64,000 nucleotides of DNA from Octopus sinensis (GCF_006345805.1 NW_021832828.1:1-64000), one strand, 5' to 3'. Shown: positions 23,453-36,710, numbered from the stretch's first letter. The notes: generated by a model not told the origin, from the letters alone. Made by a program: numbers and translations.

Positions 23453-25436
23453 AATAATAATGATAATAATAATAATAATGAAATTATTGTATACAGTGTT
23501 CAGGTGCACCACAACTTGTCAGAAAGTGCATATAGAGTATATGCAGTAATGTACAAATGTCTGGAAAGCGAACAATGTATGAGTCAGATACATGCTTGTG
23601 TGTGTATGGAGGGGAGAAAATCAGGTGTAGTGTTAGCGAATCTCAGAAAGCATGGAAGTTTTGAAGGATGCAGTGCTCCGACAACTAACAACTGATGCCG
23701 GCAGTTTGTTCCATGCTTCAGCAACTCTCAGCATGAAAAAATGTTTCCTAAAGTCATGGGAGCTGTACTGTTTTCTGACTTTGTAAATATGTCCACAGGT
23801 TTTAGACGGGTGGAGTTTGAAAAGGTGCTCAGAGTTATTGTTTGTAAGATGGTTGATAATTTTATGGGTGTCTGACAAGTCAGCTGCCAGACGTCGGAGT
23901 TTCAATGTGTCCATGCCCAGGGAAGTAAGGCGTTCAGGATATGGCAAATGCCTGATGGAGGGTATTCTTTTGGTTGCACGTCACTGAACAGCTTCCAGAT
24001 GATTGATATTCTGGCCAAGATAGGGGTTCCAGACCGGTGATGCAAATTCCAGGGGAGGTCTTACCATAGCTATATAAAGCCGCAGATAGATAGCTGGAGA
24101 GCGGCTCACAAAGGATTTGGTGAGCGATGCCAAGACACCCTCAGCCTTCTTGACAATTTTAGCGATGTGTTTTGTCCAACGCAAATCACTGTCGACAATA
24201 ACACCCAGGTCACGTTCACATGAAGACTTTTTGAGATTAGTGTTGTGGAGGGAGTAGGTGGACGCTGGGTTTTTCCTCCCAAAATGCATGGTGGTACATT
24301 TGTCCACAGCCAGCTTGAGTTGCAAGTCCATGATCTACTGCTGCATTGTGTCCAGGTCTGCTTGCAATAGAGATCTATAGTGTACAGGATCTGACCTCTT
24401 TATTTCGAGGTACAGCTTGATGTCATCTGCATATTTCAGCACTGTGGCATTCTTTAATTTGGCATCTATGTCATTAACATATGCAACAAATAAAAGGGGG
24501 CCAAGAACAGATCCCTGTGGTACACCAGATGTCATCTCATAGGGTGAAGAGTGCTGTCCTAGAACTGTGACAACCTCTTTTCGGCCGAAGATAAAGGACT
24601 TCAACCAGTTATAGAGTTTGTCTCTTACACCCAACGCAGAGAGCTTCACCATAAGTCTTTTGTGTGGCACAGAGTTAAAAGCCTTAGCAAAGTCCAGGTA
24701 AACATCCACCCAGGATCCGCGATCAGTGATTTGGGTAACGTCCTCTAGAAACTCGATGAGTTGATTACAGCAGCTGGAATTAGGAATAAATCCAAATTGT
24801 GACGGCTGGATGAGGCTGTGAGACTTTCAGAAGTTCCAGAGGGTTTCTCTGATACAGGATTCCATCAGTTTGGCGATGCAGCTAGTAAGACTAGCCTTTT
24901 TTGAACAGAGGGATAACACTGGCAGTTTTCCACTGTTCTAGAGTAACACCATTGTCAAGACAGACTTGGAAGAATAGAGAAAGTTGGCTTAGAAGAAAGT
25001 ACCCACCGCATTTGAGAAGTAGGTATGTAACACCATCGAGACCAGGAGAGGCATAGTCGCGTTTATTCTTAAGATGGCGTTGTAGCATTGCTGGTGTAAA
25101 TTGCATAGTAGATATAGAGTCCGATGTCAGTGGTGATGAAGACGGAACATTTTGGTCTTCGACAGTAAAGCATCCAGCAATGATTTCTGCACATTCTTCG
25201 GGATTGCCAGTAATCTGTCCTGTGTGGGAATTGCGAAGGGGACCAACTGGAGAGTGGGGTCTCTGCTTTGAGTGCACATACTTCCAGAACACTTTGCTGT
25301 CAGGGTTAGTTGCAATGCGTTGTTCAAATTCAAGCACTGCCTTTTTTGTCACCTGCTTGAGGTGGTTGGCTGACCTATTGCGCTTTTTCCTGTTGCTCTC
25401 TGATTTGTGCAATTTGTATTCCTGTTCATCATCATC
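23453..25436 (-). mobile_element. 5'-truncated, frameshifted CR1-type LINE (RT and C-terminus, (TTA)n tail)
   Basis: YLDFAKAF, SGVPQGSVLGPLLF, YADDIKLY, LRRLAADL and FF..RVAEAWNKLP motifs. Confidence 0.93.
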
Positions 25437-25480
25437 GGAAGGCGATGTTAAACGATGATGATGATATATATACATATATA

Positions 25481-26675
25481 CAGTTGCGGCCAAAATGTTC
25501 AGAACGGCATTGTTTTCGTCAGAAAAGTAAGTATGAGTTTTTATCAAAGTAGTTTTATATTCTATAATTTTCACAGACAATAAATACAATATTAATTGTT
25601 ATTGCCTGAGATTTTGGTGTAATTTGAGAGGATAATACAAAAGTTATGGATGATTTAGTGATTTACTGCAAAAGCCATGGCGGCCAAAATGATCAGAACG
25701 GTTGAAAAAATAACAAAATAATCAAAGATGACAGAGAATACTGGAATTATTTAATATTTAGTGTGAAGACACTTCCTCCACCGAATTTAACACTAGTCTT
25801 AAGGCATTTAGGCAACAATTTTTCACCTACTTTTCTACAAACGTACCTTTTCCCATCTGAGCCAAATAACATAAACTTAGATTCATCACTGAAATGCACC
25901 GTTTGCCATTTTTCTTGAGACCACAACACATGTTTGGTTGCAAAGGTAAGACGACACTTTTTATTCTTGGAGCTGATCAGTGGCTTCACTGCAGGTGCTC
26001 TTGCTTGTAGGTCATGTTCAACTAAACGACGAGACACAGTTTTTCGAGATAAAGTTTTCTTCAATACAATGCTCATTTTCCGAGAAGCAGCAGCAGTTTT
26101 AAATCTGTCCTTTTTAACCAACTTCACCATAGCACGATCTTCTCTCTTGGTCGTTTTTCTCGGCCTACTTGTAAACTTTCTTGCTTCACACGAACCACAA
26201 TCATCGTAGACCTTAAGAATACTGTGTACAACACTTTTTGACTTGTTAACAATCTTTGCAATCCAATACTTAAATTATCTTTCCTTCGAAGCTTAATAAT
26301 CTGCTGACGAATTGATAACGGAGTAAGTGGCATTATATTAACAAAGTACACTGCAAATATTCTTACTATTGCTTAGTAAACGAACCGTCACGTAAACAAA
26401 TTCAAAACATTAGAGTTTGCCGGTTAAATATACTAAAACACGGAGTAAAAGCAACTGTTCTGATCATTTTGGCCGCCATGGGTTTTGCAGTAAATCACTA
26501 AATCATCCATAACTTTTGTATTATCCTCTCAAATTACACCAAAATCTCAGGCAATAACAAATAATATCGTATTTATTGTCTGTGAAAATTATAGAATATA
26601 AAACAACTTTGATAAAAAATTATATCTACTTTTCTGATGAAAACAATGCCGTTCTGAACATTTTGGCCGCCACTG
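25481..26675 (-). mobile_element. Tc1-family DNA transposon of IR/DR type, internally deleted (1195 bp)
   Basis: TA TSD and 224-bp TIRs (25481-25704, 26452-26675). Each TIR carries two GGCGGCCAAAATG(A/T)TCAGAAC direct repeats. Confidence 0.95.
25747..26333 (-). pseudogene. Tc1 transposase remnant (paired-like HTH and first catalytic D; the rest of the DDE domain is deleted)
   Basis: MPLTPLSIRQQII..., SRPRKTT, TVSRRL, KWQTVHFSDESKF and VKFGGGSV, then truncation. Frameshifts are present. Confidence 0.9.
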
Positions 26676-26704
26676 TATATTATATATACATATATATTAT
26701 ATAT

Positions 26705-26870
26705 ACATACAACGGGCTTCTTTCAGTTTCCATACACAAGGCTTTGGTCAGCCTAAAGACACATGCCCATGGTGTTGTGCAGTGGGACTGAACCCAGAAC
26801 CACGTGGCTGGAAAGTAAGCTTTTTGCCACACAACCATGCCCGCACCAATGTTTGTACAAACATGTAGCG
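26705..26870 (-). mobile_element. tRNA-derived SINE head fragment
   Basis: The reverse complement matches the head of the copy at 61481. Confidence 0.7.
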
Positions 26871-26917
26871 GAGAGAGAAATAAATTAAATGTACAAAGTA
26901 TTTGTTTTCTAGATAGT

Positions 26918-26923
26918 TTATTG
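26918..26923 (-). terminator. Candidate distal poly(A) signal AATAAA of CDK2AP1
   Basis: Followed about 20 nt later by a U/GU-rich tract. It marks the edge of a repeat-poor AT-rich block. Confidence 0.35.
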
Positions 26924-28270
26924 ACCACAACATTTACATCCTACAAAAGAACACTGGTATGAGACAACAGTTAAGCAAGGAGCAAGTATAATGTAACACA
27001 GTTGGAGCTTTAAAACACAAGTCATGAATGACAAAAAAAAATGATGAATATTTTATAAGTACAGACTAGGAGATGTGAAACCTAAAGACAGCATCCAACA
27101 TGAGAAATTGTGCATTAAAAAAACTAAGAAACAGCAACAATGAAAATGAAACTATAAATACAATAAATATACAATCTGAATATGAATATTTGAACATAAA
27201 CTGTCACATAAGATCAATAATCTCACTGAAAATGAAAAGCAAATAGCAAAATGTCTGACTTTCTTTAGAAGCAGCAAATAGTTTAGCAACAATAATAAAT
27301 GAGCAGCAGTTTTACTATTAAAACAAGTTAAAGAAAGAAAAAAAAATATTATAGAGATGCAATCCCTAAAACTACAATATAGATACATATTATATATATA
27401 TGCTAATGTTCTCCAAAAATTGGTCATGCCATGTTTTTGCAGAAATTGATTTGGTAAAAACAAAAAAAGAAAAGGAATCCATGTTGGTTTCATGAGAAAT
27501 AAAACATGTTTTTACCATATTTGCCAGTGTATAAGATGAAATTTAATTATTTGTTAAATTTCAAAAGATAGCCCCACCCGTCCTTTCCCTAAAATTTTTG
27601 TCTCATATATTGGCTCACACAATTTCTTTTGTTTTCAAATGGGTGTAGGTCAAAATTAGTATTTCTTCTTAAAATACAAAAAAAAAAACTTCTTTATTTT
27701 GGGGGGAATATAGATGTACATATATATATATCTATATATATATTCTCTTCCATAAATATGCATCTATATACTCTTATATACAGATGCACCTATCTACTTT
27801 ACATACACACTGGCAAATATGGTAATAATTGAAATTCCCATTGAGATTTCTAGTACAAATTTTATCACTGTTAGAATTCAAATCATTTTTCATTCTTTAG
27901 AATTGTGATGGTTGGAAGAAATTCTAAACACTACATAGTGTCTATATACAAATTACATTAGTTACTCTCAAGATTATGCTACTAATAGAGAATTACCAGT
28001 TATCTTTGAGCCATTTTTAATTCAATGTAAATGAACATGTGACCTTGAGAGTATTGGACCATGTGTATTGATCTAACCAAATTCTAAAATCCCAGCCTGC
28101 TGGCTGACATCAAATTATGGTTTCTAATCATCTTTATAAAAGCACGGGCTTTTCTATAAAAAAATGACGATGTCTTTATATACATATATTAATGTTTGTT
28201 TTTATATTCATTTATAACAATTTTACATTAATCTGATGGGTTACTCTACACTTTTGTAGAGTACAAATTT

Positions 28271-28378
28271 ATTATTCTTACACAAGAATGCTGTTGACAG
28301 TGACTTTGCAGTCCAACAATGGCTTAGCTGGCTGAAGCTTCAAAGTCACTGTCGACGACATTCTCGTTTAAGAATAAT
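28271..28378. repeat. Inverted repeat / hairpin 1 (38-bp arms, 33/38 matched, 32-nt loop)
   Basis: Arms 28271-28308 and 28341-28378 aligned by hand. Confidence 0.85.
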
Positions 28379-28405
28379 ATATCTATGTATATAGATTTAT
28401 TATAT

Positions 28406-28558
28406 ATACTTAAAAGGTTGTTGGTTATGGCTGGTCGGGAAGTGACATTGGTTTTGCACCTATAAAGTTCTTAGCAGTGTAGGTGACTTGTCAGACTCAT
28501 TGGCTGTGAAACCAATGGTCACTCCTTGTCCAGCCATAACCAACAATCTTTTATGTAT
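28406..28558. repeat. Inverted repeat / hairpin 2 (about 54-bp arms, 45/54 matched, about 46-nt loop)
   Basis: Arms 28406-28458 and 28505-28558 aligned by hand. Confidence 0.85.
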
Positions 28559-29456
28559 TACTGCTCTAAAGTTTTAGAGTATGCTTCTTTTCTGATTTAT
28601 GAACTACTGACTGATGTATATACATATATATATATATACATAAATTCATTTGCAGCAGAATATTCATTAATGTAACTCCCAGGCCATCGACATTAACAGA
28701 CAAGAGTGAGGCATGGAATAATGTAACCACATGGTCAGGTTTAGAATTTGAAAAATGCATGAAGAGGATGTATTATTAATTCTATTTGGGAATTCATTAT
28801 TTGCTTCAAAATGTCCACCTTTATATTATTTTATCCAGAGTGCATCAAATTTAGATGTTAATCAAGAGAATTTATACAAATGTTAATTGATGTAACCAAT
28901 TTGTTTATTCCTTTGGAAAAAAATAGTATTATTATTCTTCTCTTTCAATCAAAAAGAAAAAAAAAGTTATTTTCTTAAGCAATTGCTGAGTCTTGCTTGC
29001 TCAAGAAACTGTGAGATCTTTTTATTTTTAGATTTAAACACAATTTAAGAACAGTATTCCTTCTGACAAGGTACAAGGCCTTTTTATTCTTATTTTATTT
29101 TGAAAGTGGGAAAGAGTATAAGTGATTTAATCAATTAGAATATGTTAATAGTTACTTTATCAAGCCTGGGGAGTTGATGTCAGCTGGATTTCAACTCAAA
29201 AACAGTGAGATATTGGACTAGATACAGTAAAGTAGCCAGTTCAATGTCCTACCGTATTATTATTATTATTATTATTATTAATGGCTATCTCTGTTACCAT
29301 TTATAATTCAATAACAGAATTAGCCAACCTCATTTACATTTTACATCACCATGGCTGCACAAACCAACATTTGTGAGTGCATAATAAAAACACAAACATT
29401 CAGAGATCCACACATTTTATGTACTGTAATTAATATGTTCATATATATAGATACAT

Positions 29457-29512
<56 letters not shown>

Positions 29513-31123
29513 ATATGAAGATAGACAAATACTGTACGTAACTAAGGTCACAGGTTTCAGTATGCTTGTAACATCAAATATTACTGCACACATAAATCAG
29601 ATTTCATAAGTGCATTAATGATGTAAGTCTGGGAAGACAATCTTATCCAAGATTTGAAACCCTGTAACTACTCAGTTTGTTGACAATTATCACCTCTACA
29701 CTATTTGCAACCTCACCTAACAGATAGTGTACAGCCACCAAACAATTCCAAATAAGCAGGTTTTGTCGCTTTTAATCTTATACCAAACTTCCATCTTTGT
29801 ATTATATTTGTTACCACTAAATGACTACACACAGGCACACACACATATATATATATATAGATTAATATATGTGTGTGTGTGTGTATGTGTATGATAATAT
29901 ACTGTATGTTGAATGTTATGAAATGATAAATTCTAAAATCGGTTTATGAATGTTGTATATTTAAATGACAGCCTATTGTGTTTATAAATAATCAAGAAAT
30001 GTGAAATAAACAGTGTAATATGGCTTTAGTTAATAAGCACATGCTCCTGAATCTATGTACCCCAGCCCCACCCATTTAGATGCATGCTCCTATATGAAGG
30101 GTTTTTTTATTGAACAATCACTTAAGACAATTACATTTTACACATGAAAGATGTGAAGAAATTTACTGAAAAATTTAGAAATTTCAGCTAAAAGGAGAGA
30201 AAAATATGAGAACTTATTAGATGAGTGGATGTTAGAATCTTTAATCTTTTGTCTTAATTAATGGCTGTGAGACTTTCCTCTCTCATTTCGTTTTTACTTT
30301 CTCTTTTCTTAGTTAATGTTTCCATATCTGAATTATTTTTACACTAGCATGTGTTAGGTGGCTCTTTATCTCCATAATTTATTAAAGCAAACATTCCCCC
30401 TCCCCACACCACTATTAAAATACTTCCTGCACACAGCATGCTGTCCTTGTAATTAATAAACGAAGTGACAGTACAACACTGATGACTTGCAGCCAGATGC
30501 ACTGAAGATATCTAGGAAACCATCAGCACAGACAGCATATAACAGTAGTCTCCAGCTGGAACAATGCTTCTCCATGCATCAGACCCCGACGAACATACTC
30601 CATTCCATACATCTTTATTAATACCGGAAACAAACCACTATCTTCCTTGGAAGATAAATACTTCATTTCCCTGAAGTAAAGAGACTAGCCACTAATAGAT
30701 ATGTCACATCAGAGGAACATCATTAAAACAATCATCTGTACTTTTAGTGAAAGATCAGCTTTTCATTGTTGATATTTCATGCTTTTATTTATTCACTGTT
30801 TCTTTTTAATTATAATTTAATAAATATTTACAGTAAAAATTCTTTAATTCATGTATTTATTTATTAGGAGTTTGTTTTAAAAAAAAAAAACCCCGCACCC
30901 ACATATCAATGAAAAGCTTAAATGAGAGATTTAGAGAAACCATATTTGTGACAGGAAGAAATCTTCAATCTGCTTAATCTCAGCACACTTGTGGCTTAAG
31001 ATAATAGCAGGAACTTTCTCTGAAAAGGTGTGAACTATTGATCTCATCTCCTGTGTTTCGAACCAGTCCATTCTTGAATTATCAGGGTACCATATATCCA
31101 TTTGATAAACAGAAACTGAACAA

Positions 31124-31154
<31 letters not shown>

Positions 31155-32242
31155 AGTATATAATGGGTGTTTGCTTATGTTTGTGCTTTTCCAAAACTCC
31201 TGCTAAAACCAGTAAATTTGTCATTTCCTCTCTCAACAAACTGTCTGCTGGCTTTGAGCTTTTTAAAGTTATGGAGAATAACAGATCCCTTACTTGAAAA
31301 ATAGGTAAGGATTAGTGACAAGAAGGGTATCCAGATGTAAAACTATACTTTGATAATAGATTCAGCTAACCCATACTAGTATAGAAGAAGGGACATCGAA
31401 ACATATTGAGTGAATAGGGAATGTGGCACCTGAAAATAACAAGAGAATGAACCAGTCAGAATGTAAAGAGAAACACAAAAGATGAGGATAATAGTGCAAT
31501 GAATTCATTCCGTTCAATCTCAGAAAAATAAACAGAGAGAATCAGTAAATTCTTATGGAGTGTTGCTCTGTTTTGTTCCATTTTAGACTTTCCCCGCCTC
31601 TTATCCTGGCTTTCGTCGATAGATTATTGTTTCAAGCAGTTAAATTTCTCATTGGTCTACAGGTGACATGTTATTGTCAATGCCAACAACTACCACATGT
31701 TATATTTTCCAAAGTCTGATGCTGCTGTCAAGAGTAGTTACTAGTTATGGTAACATGAGGCCTGAAGACAGACAGATGTGCACCTGGTTGAAATGCATGT
31801 GGCAAGTCAACCAACAAGGAGGTTCGAAAAGTTCTGGACTTCAGAGTACAAACAAAGCCTCTTGCCAAGAAATACAAGACACTTTATCAGTGAAAGCAAA
31901 GTGCTATGTAGTTTGCAATTATAATATTAACCCAAACATTTACTGAGGCTGTTGTTCCAGCTCTTAACCTCTTTTACGCATATAATCAAAGAAAATAGAA
32001 CTAAAAAATAATTGTATCAATAATTTGTTGTTTTTTTTATAGAATTTAGTTGCAAAATACCAAAAGAAAAGACTAGAGCCATTGGAAATTAAACTCAAAG
32101 GTGACCCATGGCACCCAAAAATATCACTTTAAAAAATCATAAACATCATCTGTAAAGATCTGTATAGAGTTCAACTGTGTTAGGTAATTGGTAGGAATGA
32201 GTTGTAGCTGAATTCTGCAGAGGGCAGTTATAATGTGCTTCA

Positions 32243-32293
<51 letters not shown>

Positions 32294-32732
32294 TGAGCAA
32301 TACTTGTAGATCTTGCCTATCAATATATGTAAATGTCATTGTTAAAAACAAAAAAGAAGATATATTTATATATAAATATCTAACATACTTATGCTTAATT
32401 GTAATATATATATATATATATATAAGACTGTCGTTGACAGAGAGTGAAAGAAAGAGTTGAGATTGAAAACTAAATAAAATCTAAAAAGCAAAACAAAATA
32501 AATAAACATGAGTCATGTCTAAAGGAATGTTGAAATGTTACAGAAGGAAATATAAAAAAAAAATTACTGACAAAAGCTGGAATTTGAAGAAAATTTCAGA
32601 AACTGAGCCATTCTTCAATGATAAAAGTCTACAGACCAACAAACAGACTGGTGGCTGGTTAGTTTATTTGGTTGAGTTGTTGGTTGTTATTTTGACTTGT
32701 AAAAGAAAGAGAGAGGTGGGGAATTGCTTGCC

Positions 32733-33074
32733 TCATGTCCGAGCACTACGTTCACACTCCATCAGACATTCTCGCACCAGTATGCGGGCATGAACGATGC
32801 CTCGCTTCAGTCGTTCAGCGGAGGATTTGCTGCCAGAGTACGTCGGACGTATATCTTTGCCCATGTCCTCGATGACCGCCAGAAGCTGGGTGTATTTTGT
32901 CTGAGGGTGTTGTGACATCTGTGGTAATTGCGGACCCCGGTTGGCTATGGCCGGGGGTGGCGTACCATGGTTGCCATGTATGTCCAACTCTGAGCGTGGT
33001 GTGCCAGGATTGCTCATCACTGGCGTAACCGGTGAACTGGACGCTGTTCCTTCTATGATCACATCATCGTCCAT
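32733..33074 (-). CDS. CDK2AP1: Cyclin-dependent kinase 2-associated protein 1 (DOC-1 family; NuRD subunit), 113 aa from this ATG
   Basis: The C-terminus [54 protein letters not shown] matches the conserved DOC-1 helices. An acceptor TTTCAG lies 9 nt upstream of the ATG (exon starts at 33083). Confidence 0.95.
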   Translation of the reverse strand: MDDDVIIEGTASSSPVTPVMSNPGTPRSELDIHGNHGTPPPAIANRGPQLPQMSQHPQTKYTQLLAVIEDMGKDIRPTYSGSKSSAERLKRGIVHARILVRECLMECERSART

Positions 33075-34319
33075 CGTCCGGTTCTGAAATGAGATTATAC
33101 AAAAAGAGAAATTCTTAGTGAGGTAGATATTTAAATATGTACAATTTTGTCACTTTTACAAAGGCAGCACTAAATTGAGAAAGCAAAGGGGTTAATAAAA
33201 TGAAAGTCAGGTCTATTACTGATTGAAGTGAAAAAAGATTTGGGAGCTTCTTATATCTTCACAGTCACTGTGCATACACAGCAACCTAACAAAACATTAG
33301 AAAATCATTTGGTGGACTGACAAAAAACTGGCGTCTAAATTTGAAAACGGACTTAAATCCTCTTGTCACCCCAAGGCAAAATTGACCTTGGTGGAATTTG
33401 AACCCAAAACACAAAGAATCAGAAAAGTATTTTGTCCAATATGCTAATGATTCTGCCTGCTTGCTAGCTAACATAGGCATAAGGCCAGAAATTAAGGAAG
33501 GAGGGGGAGTACAGAAAAATTAAACTTCACCAGTACTTGAATGGTACTTTATTTTATCAAGGATGAAAGGCAGGGTTGATTGTAGCTGGATTTGAACTCA
33601 AAATTTAAGTACTGTAACTAAATATTGCATGGAATTTTATCTGACAATCTAACAATTTTCCTAATCCACTGTTCAATCATAATAATAATCCTTTCTATTA
33701 AAGACACAAGGCCTAAAACTTGAGGTAGGGAGCTAGTCAATTACATTGACCCCAGTGCTTAACTGGTACTTGTTTTATCGACTACAAAAGGATGAAAGGC
33801 AAAGTCAACCTCAGCAAAATTTGAATTCAGAACATGAAAACAGACAAAATATTACTGAGCATTGTGCTTGGTGTGCTAATGATTCTGCCAGCTCGCCACC
33901 TTATAATAATCGTTTCAAATTTTGACACAAGGTTATCAATCTTGGAGGAGCAAAACAATTACATCAACCCCAGTGCTCAACTGGCACTCATTTTATCGAC
34001 CCCAAAAAGATGAAAGGCAAAAAAAGATGACCTGGGTGGAATCTGAACACAAAGACACAAAATGCCATTAAGCATTTTGACCAGTATGCTAATGATTCTG
34101 CTGCCAGCTCACAGTGTTAGCACCACCACCACCACTACCACTACTACTACTAATAATAATAATAATAATAATTTTTGCCACAAGGGCAGCTTGAAATAGG
34201 TGGAGATGAGTTGATTACATTGACCCCAGTGTTCAACTGATACTTATTTTTCTATCAACCCCAAAAGGATGAAAGACAAAGTCAACCTCGCCGGAATTTA
34301 ATAATAATAATAATAATAA

Positions 34320-34870
34320 TAAATGCCCTGATGCAATATCAGGCACTGGCTCTCATGGCTTCTGATCTTAACTGATTGGAAGTGTTATCATGTACATTGT
34401 TTTGTCTTAGTATAAAAGATGGCCTACAGCAAATATTCTGCTCAATACCACAGATTTGCTGGACAGTTGTTTGATTTTAACCAGTTGAACGTGTCCCTTA
34501 ATGGCTGACGATATGTGCATCTCTGACCACAAGCAGAAGTAGTGGGGGAGCATCATAGCCGTGTGTTGAGAGGGATTCTTAGAGGTTTGGATAATTCACC
34601 TTTGGAAACATGAATGTTTTGTTCATCATCCTTAAACAAACCTCATTCTATGACCTTTTGAGCAGGATGGGCTACTTGACCTGAAGAAAATTCTAACTGG
34701 GCCCCACCTGCAAGGTCATGCGCTGTTAATCTTGATATGAGAGCATCATGTCATGCACACATGGTTGTGATGCATGTGCCTAGTGTACCCTTATCAGATG
34801 GGTAGTCATGATGTGTATACTGGGCTTCGTATATTTTACCCCAGTGTCACTTTGATGGCATGCACTGCTC
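34320..34870. mobile_element. Unclassified ~550-bp interspersed repeat flanked by (AAT)n on both sides
   Basis: Non-coding block of higher GC bounded by TAA tracts. I recognise it as a common repeat but have not classified it. Confidence 0.4.
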
Positions 34871-34889
34871 TTTTAATAATAATAATAAT

Positions 34890-36235
34890 AATATCTCGGA
34901 ATCCAAAGACAGAAGAAATTCAGAAAACAGTGCTTATGGGGGCACCTCATATCCTACAAAAAATACTGTCTACAGGGTGTTCAGGCTAAATTTGACAGTT
35001 TGCATAAAAGAAAAAGAAAAAACAATATTCCTTCCAAAAATAAAAGCACTTTTAAAAACATCAAAACATATCAAGTAGATTATAGCTGGGAGATAAAAGT
35101 TTATTCAAAGTAGCCGTCCTCAGCTTACACTACGGCCTCAAGATGGCTCTGGAACCTGGCACATACGTTCCTCACTGTGTCCCTGGGAAGATCTTTGAAC
35201 ACCTCCTTCATCGTGGCCACCAGATTGGCCTTGATGCTGTAGGGAAGGTAGTTGGTGCTTTTCTCATCCACGTCCCACACATAGTAATCCATGGGATTAC
35301 ATCATCATCATCATTTAACATCCGCTTTCCATGCTAGCATGGGTTGGACGATTTGACTGAGGACTGGCGAACCAGATGGCTGCACCAGGCTTGAATCTGA
35401 TCGGGTAGGGTTTCTTCAGCTGGATGCCCTTCCTAATGCCACAACTGTGGGAAATAGAAAGCCAGAAATTAAGGCTGATGAAGTCGTAGAAATTCTCCAA
35501 CAACTTTCTATAGGTATGGCAAGGAGCCAAATCCTGCTGTCACACATATGCCCTTCCAGCAGCAACCTTCTCCAGCCAGGGTTTGACCACAGTCTTCAGC
35601 AGCCTCACATAGCTGTCTGAATGGAGCCTAAGGTGAGCAGCATGACATCACCCTCACTGGAGTCACACCCAAAAACCATCACCTTACTGCTGGCCACAGC
35701 TTCATAGTCTCCGTTGTAGCTGTCCATGTCATGCCTTACAGCTTTTATAGTGTTCACAGAGCACTGAGTAGCAGTCATGATGTGGGCATTTTGATACCCA
35801 GCATGAATCATCATGATACAGGTAACTCTTTTCCAATATTCAGGTGGTTTCCAGTCTTGCATGTCAGCTAACTTTTTTCTCAACTACAACTTTAATCTTT
35901 ATGCTCTCCAATGCTGTTCTCTGTTCACTGATACATCAAGCTGTTCCTGAAAAAAGGAAACATAAAAAATCATCAAATTTAGCCTGAAAACCCTCCATAG
36001 AACTCCAAAGCAATCTTTTGCTACCTATTATCAAAAGCGCATTTTCTGAAACAATACTTGTTACGAACCCAAGGCACACAATTATGAAACAAATCCCTCT
36101 CACCAAAATATGGCACTTATCAATCAACCTAGTTATAATGCCCGCATGAATATATAACTTGCTGTCTCTTGAGGTCTCTGGATGAGAGTTGGACTCAGCT
36201 CATACAAACAAAGCAAAATCCAAACATAATAGAAA
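34890..36235 (+). mobile_element. R4/Dong-type (RLE) LINE 3' end, split by a Tc1/mariner insertion
   Basis: EEIQKTVLMGAPHILQKILS C-terminal motif after (AAT)n. The 3' UTR-like remainder resumes after about 36000. Confidence 0.55.
34973..35995 (-). mobile_element. Degenerate Tc1/mariner transposon containing a SINE at about 35300-35445
   Basis: TA|CAGGGTGTTCAGGCTAAATTTG left TIR and CAAATTTAGCCTGAAAACCCT right TIR. Transposase remnants include VWQQDLAPCH and RFQSHLEAVV. Confidence 0.8.
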
Positions 36236-36444
36236 CATGGCAGAAGGCAAGCAATTTGGGGAGAGGGGGAGAGTTGATTACATCGACCCCAGTGCTTAAC
36301 TGGTACTTATTTTATCGACCCCAAAAGGGATGAAAGGCAAAGTGAACCTGAGCAGAATTTGAACTCAGAATGTAAAGAGAGATGATATGCTCTAAAGTAT
36401 TTTGCCTGGTACTATAAAGATTCTCCCAGTTCACCATCATAATA

Positions 36445-36710
36445 ATAATAATAATAGGCATATACAATCCTCTTAAGTATAAAATAGAAAATAAAGAAGA
36501 TGAAGATAGTGCCAATTATTGTTGGGTTCTTGGTGACAGTATCAGAAGGCATCAAGAAGAATATAAAGGAAATCAAGAAAGACTGCCCAGTAGAACTGTT
36601 ACAAAAAGTTTTTACTCCTTGGTACGGCCAGAATAACAGCTAAGTATTATATAATTAAAAAGAACAGTTAGCATGGTATTGTAGACTGTGCCCCCAAAAA
36701 ACCTGAGTTA
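36445..36710 (+). mobile_element. R4/Dong-type LINE 3' fragment between (TAA)n tracts
   Basis: Degenerate KIVPIIVG.LVTVSEGIKKNIKEI..CPVELLQK..LLGTARI. A paralogue lies at about 60090-60370. Confidence 0.65.

Noticed and set aside
21890-25436. One LINE with a 5' inversion (plus and minus CR1 pieces)
   Set aside because: The two pieces cover the same linker region with very different sequences, so they are separate insertions.
28271-28558. H/ACA snoRNA or pre-miRNA interpretation of the twin hairpins
   Set aside because: There is no ACA tail at the expected position, the total length is about 290 nt, and the loops are too large for canonical pre-miRNAs.
31668-31946. 92-aa plus-strand ORF behind an acceptor-like site
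   Set aside because: No recognisable homology or partner exon. It lies antisense in the putative CDK2AP1 3' UTR.
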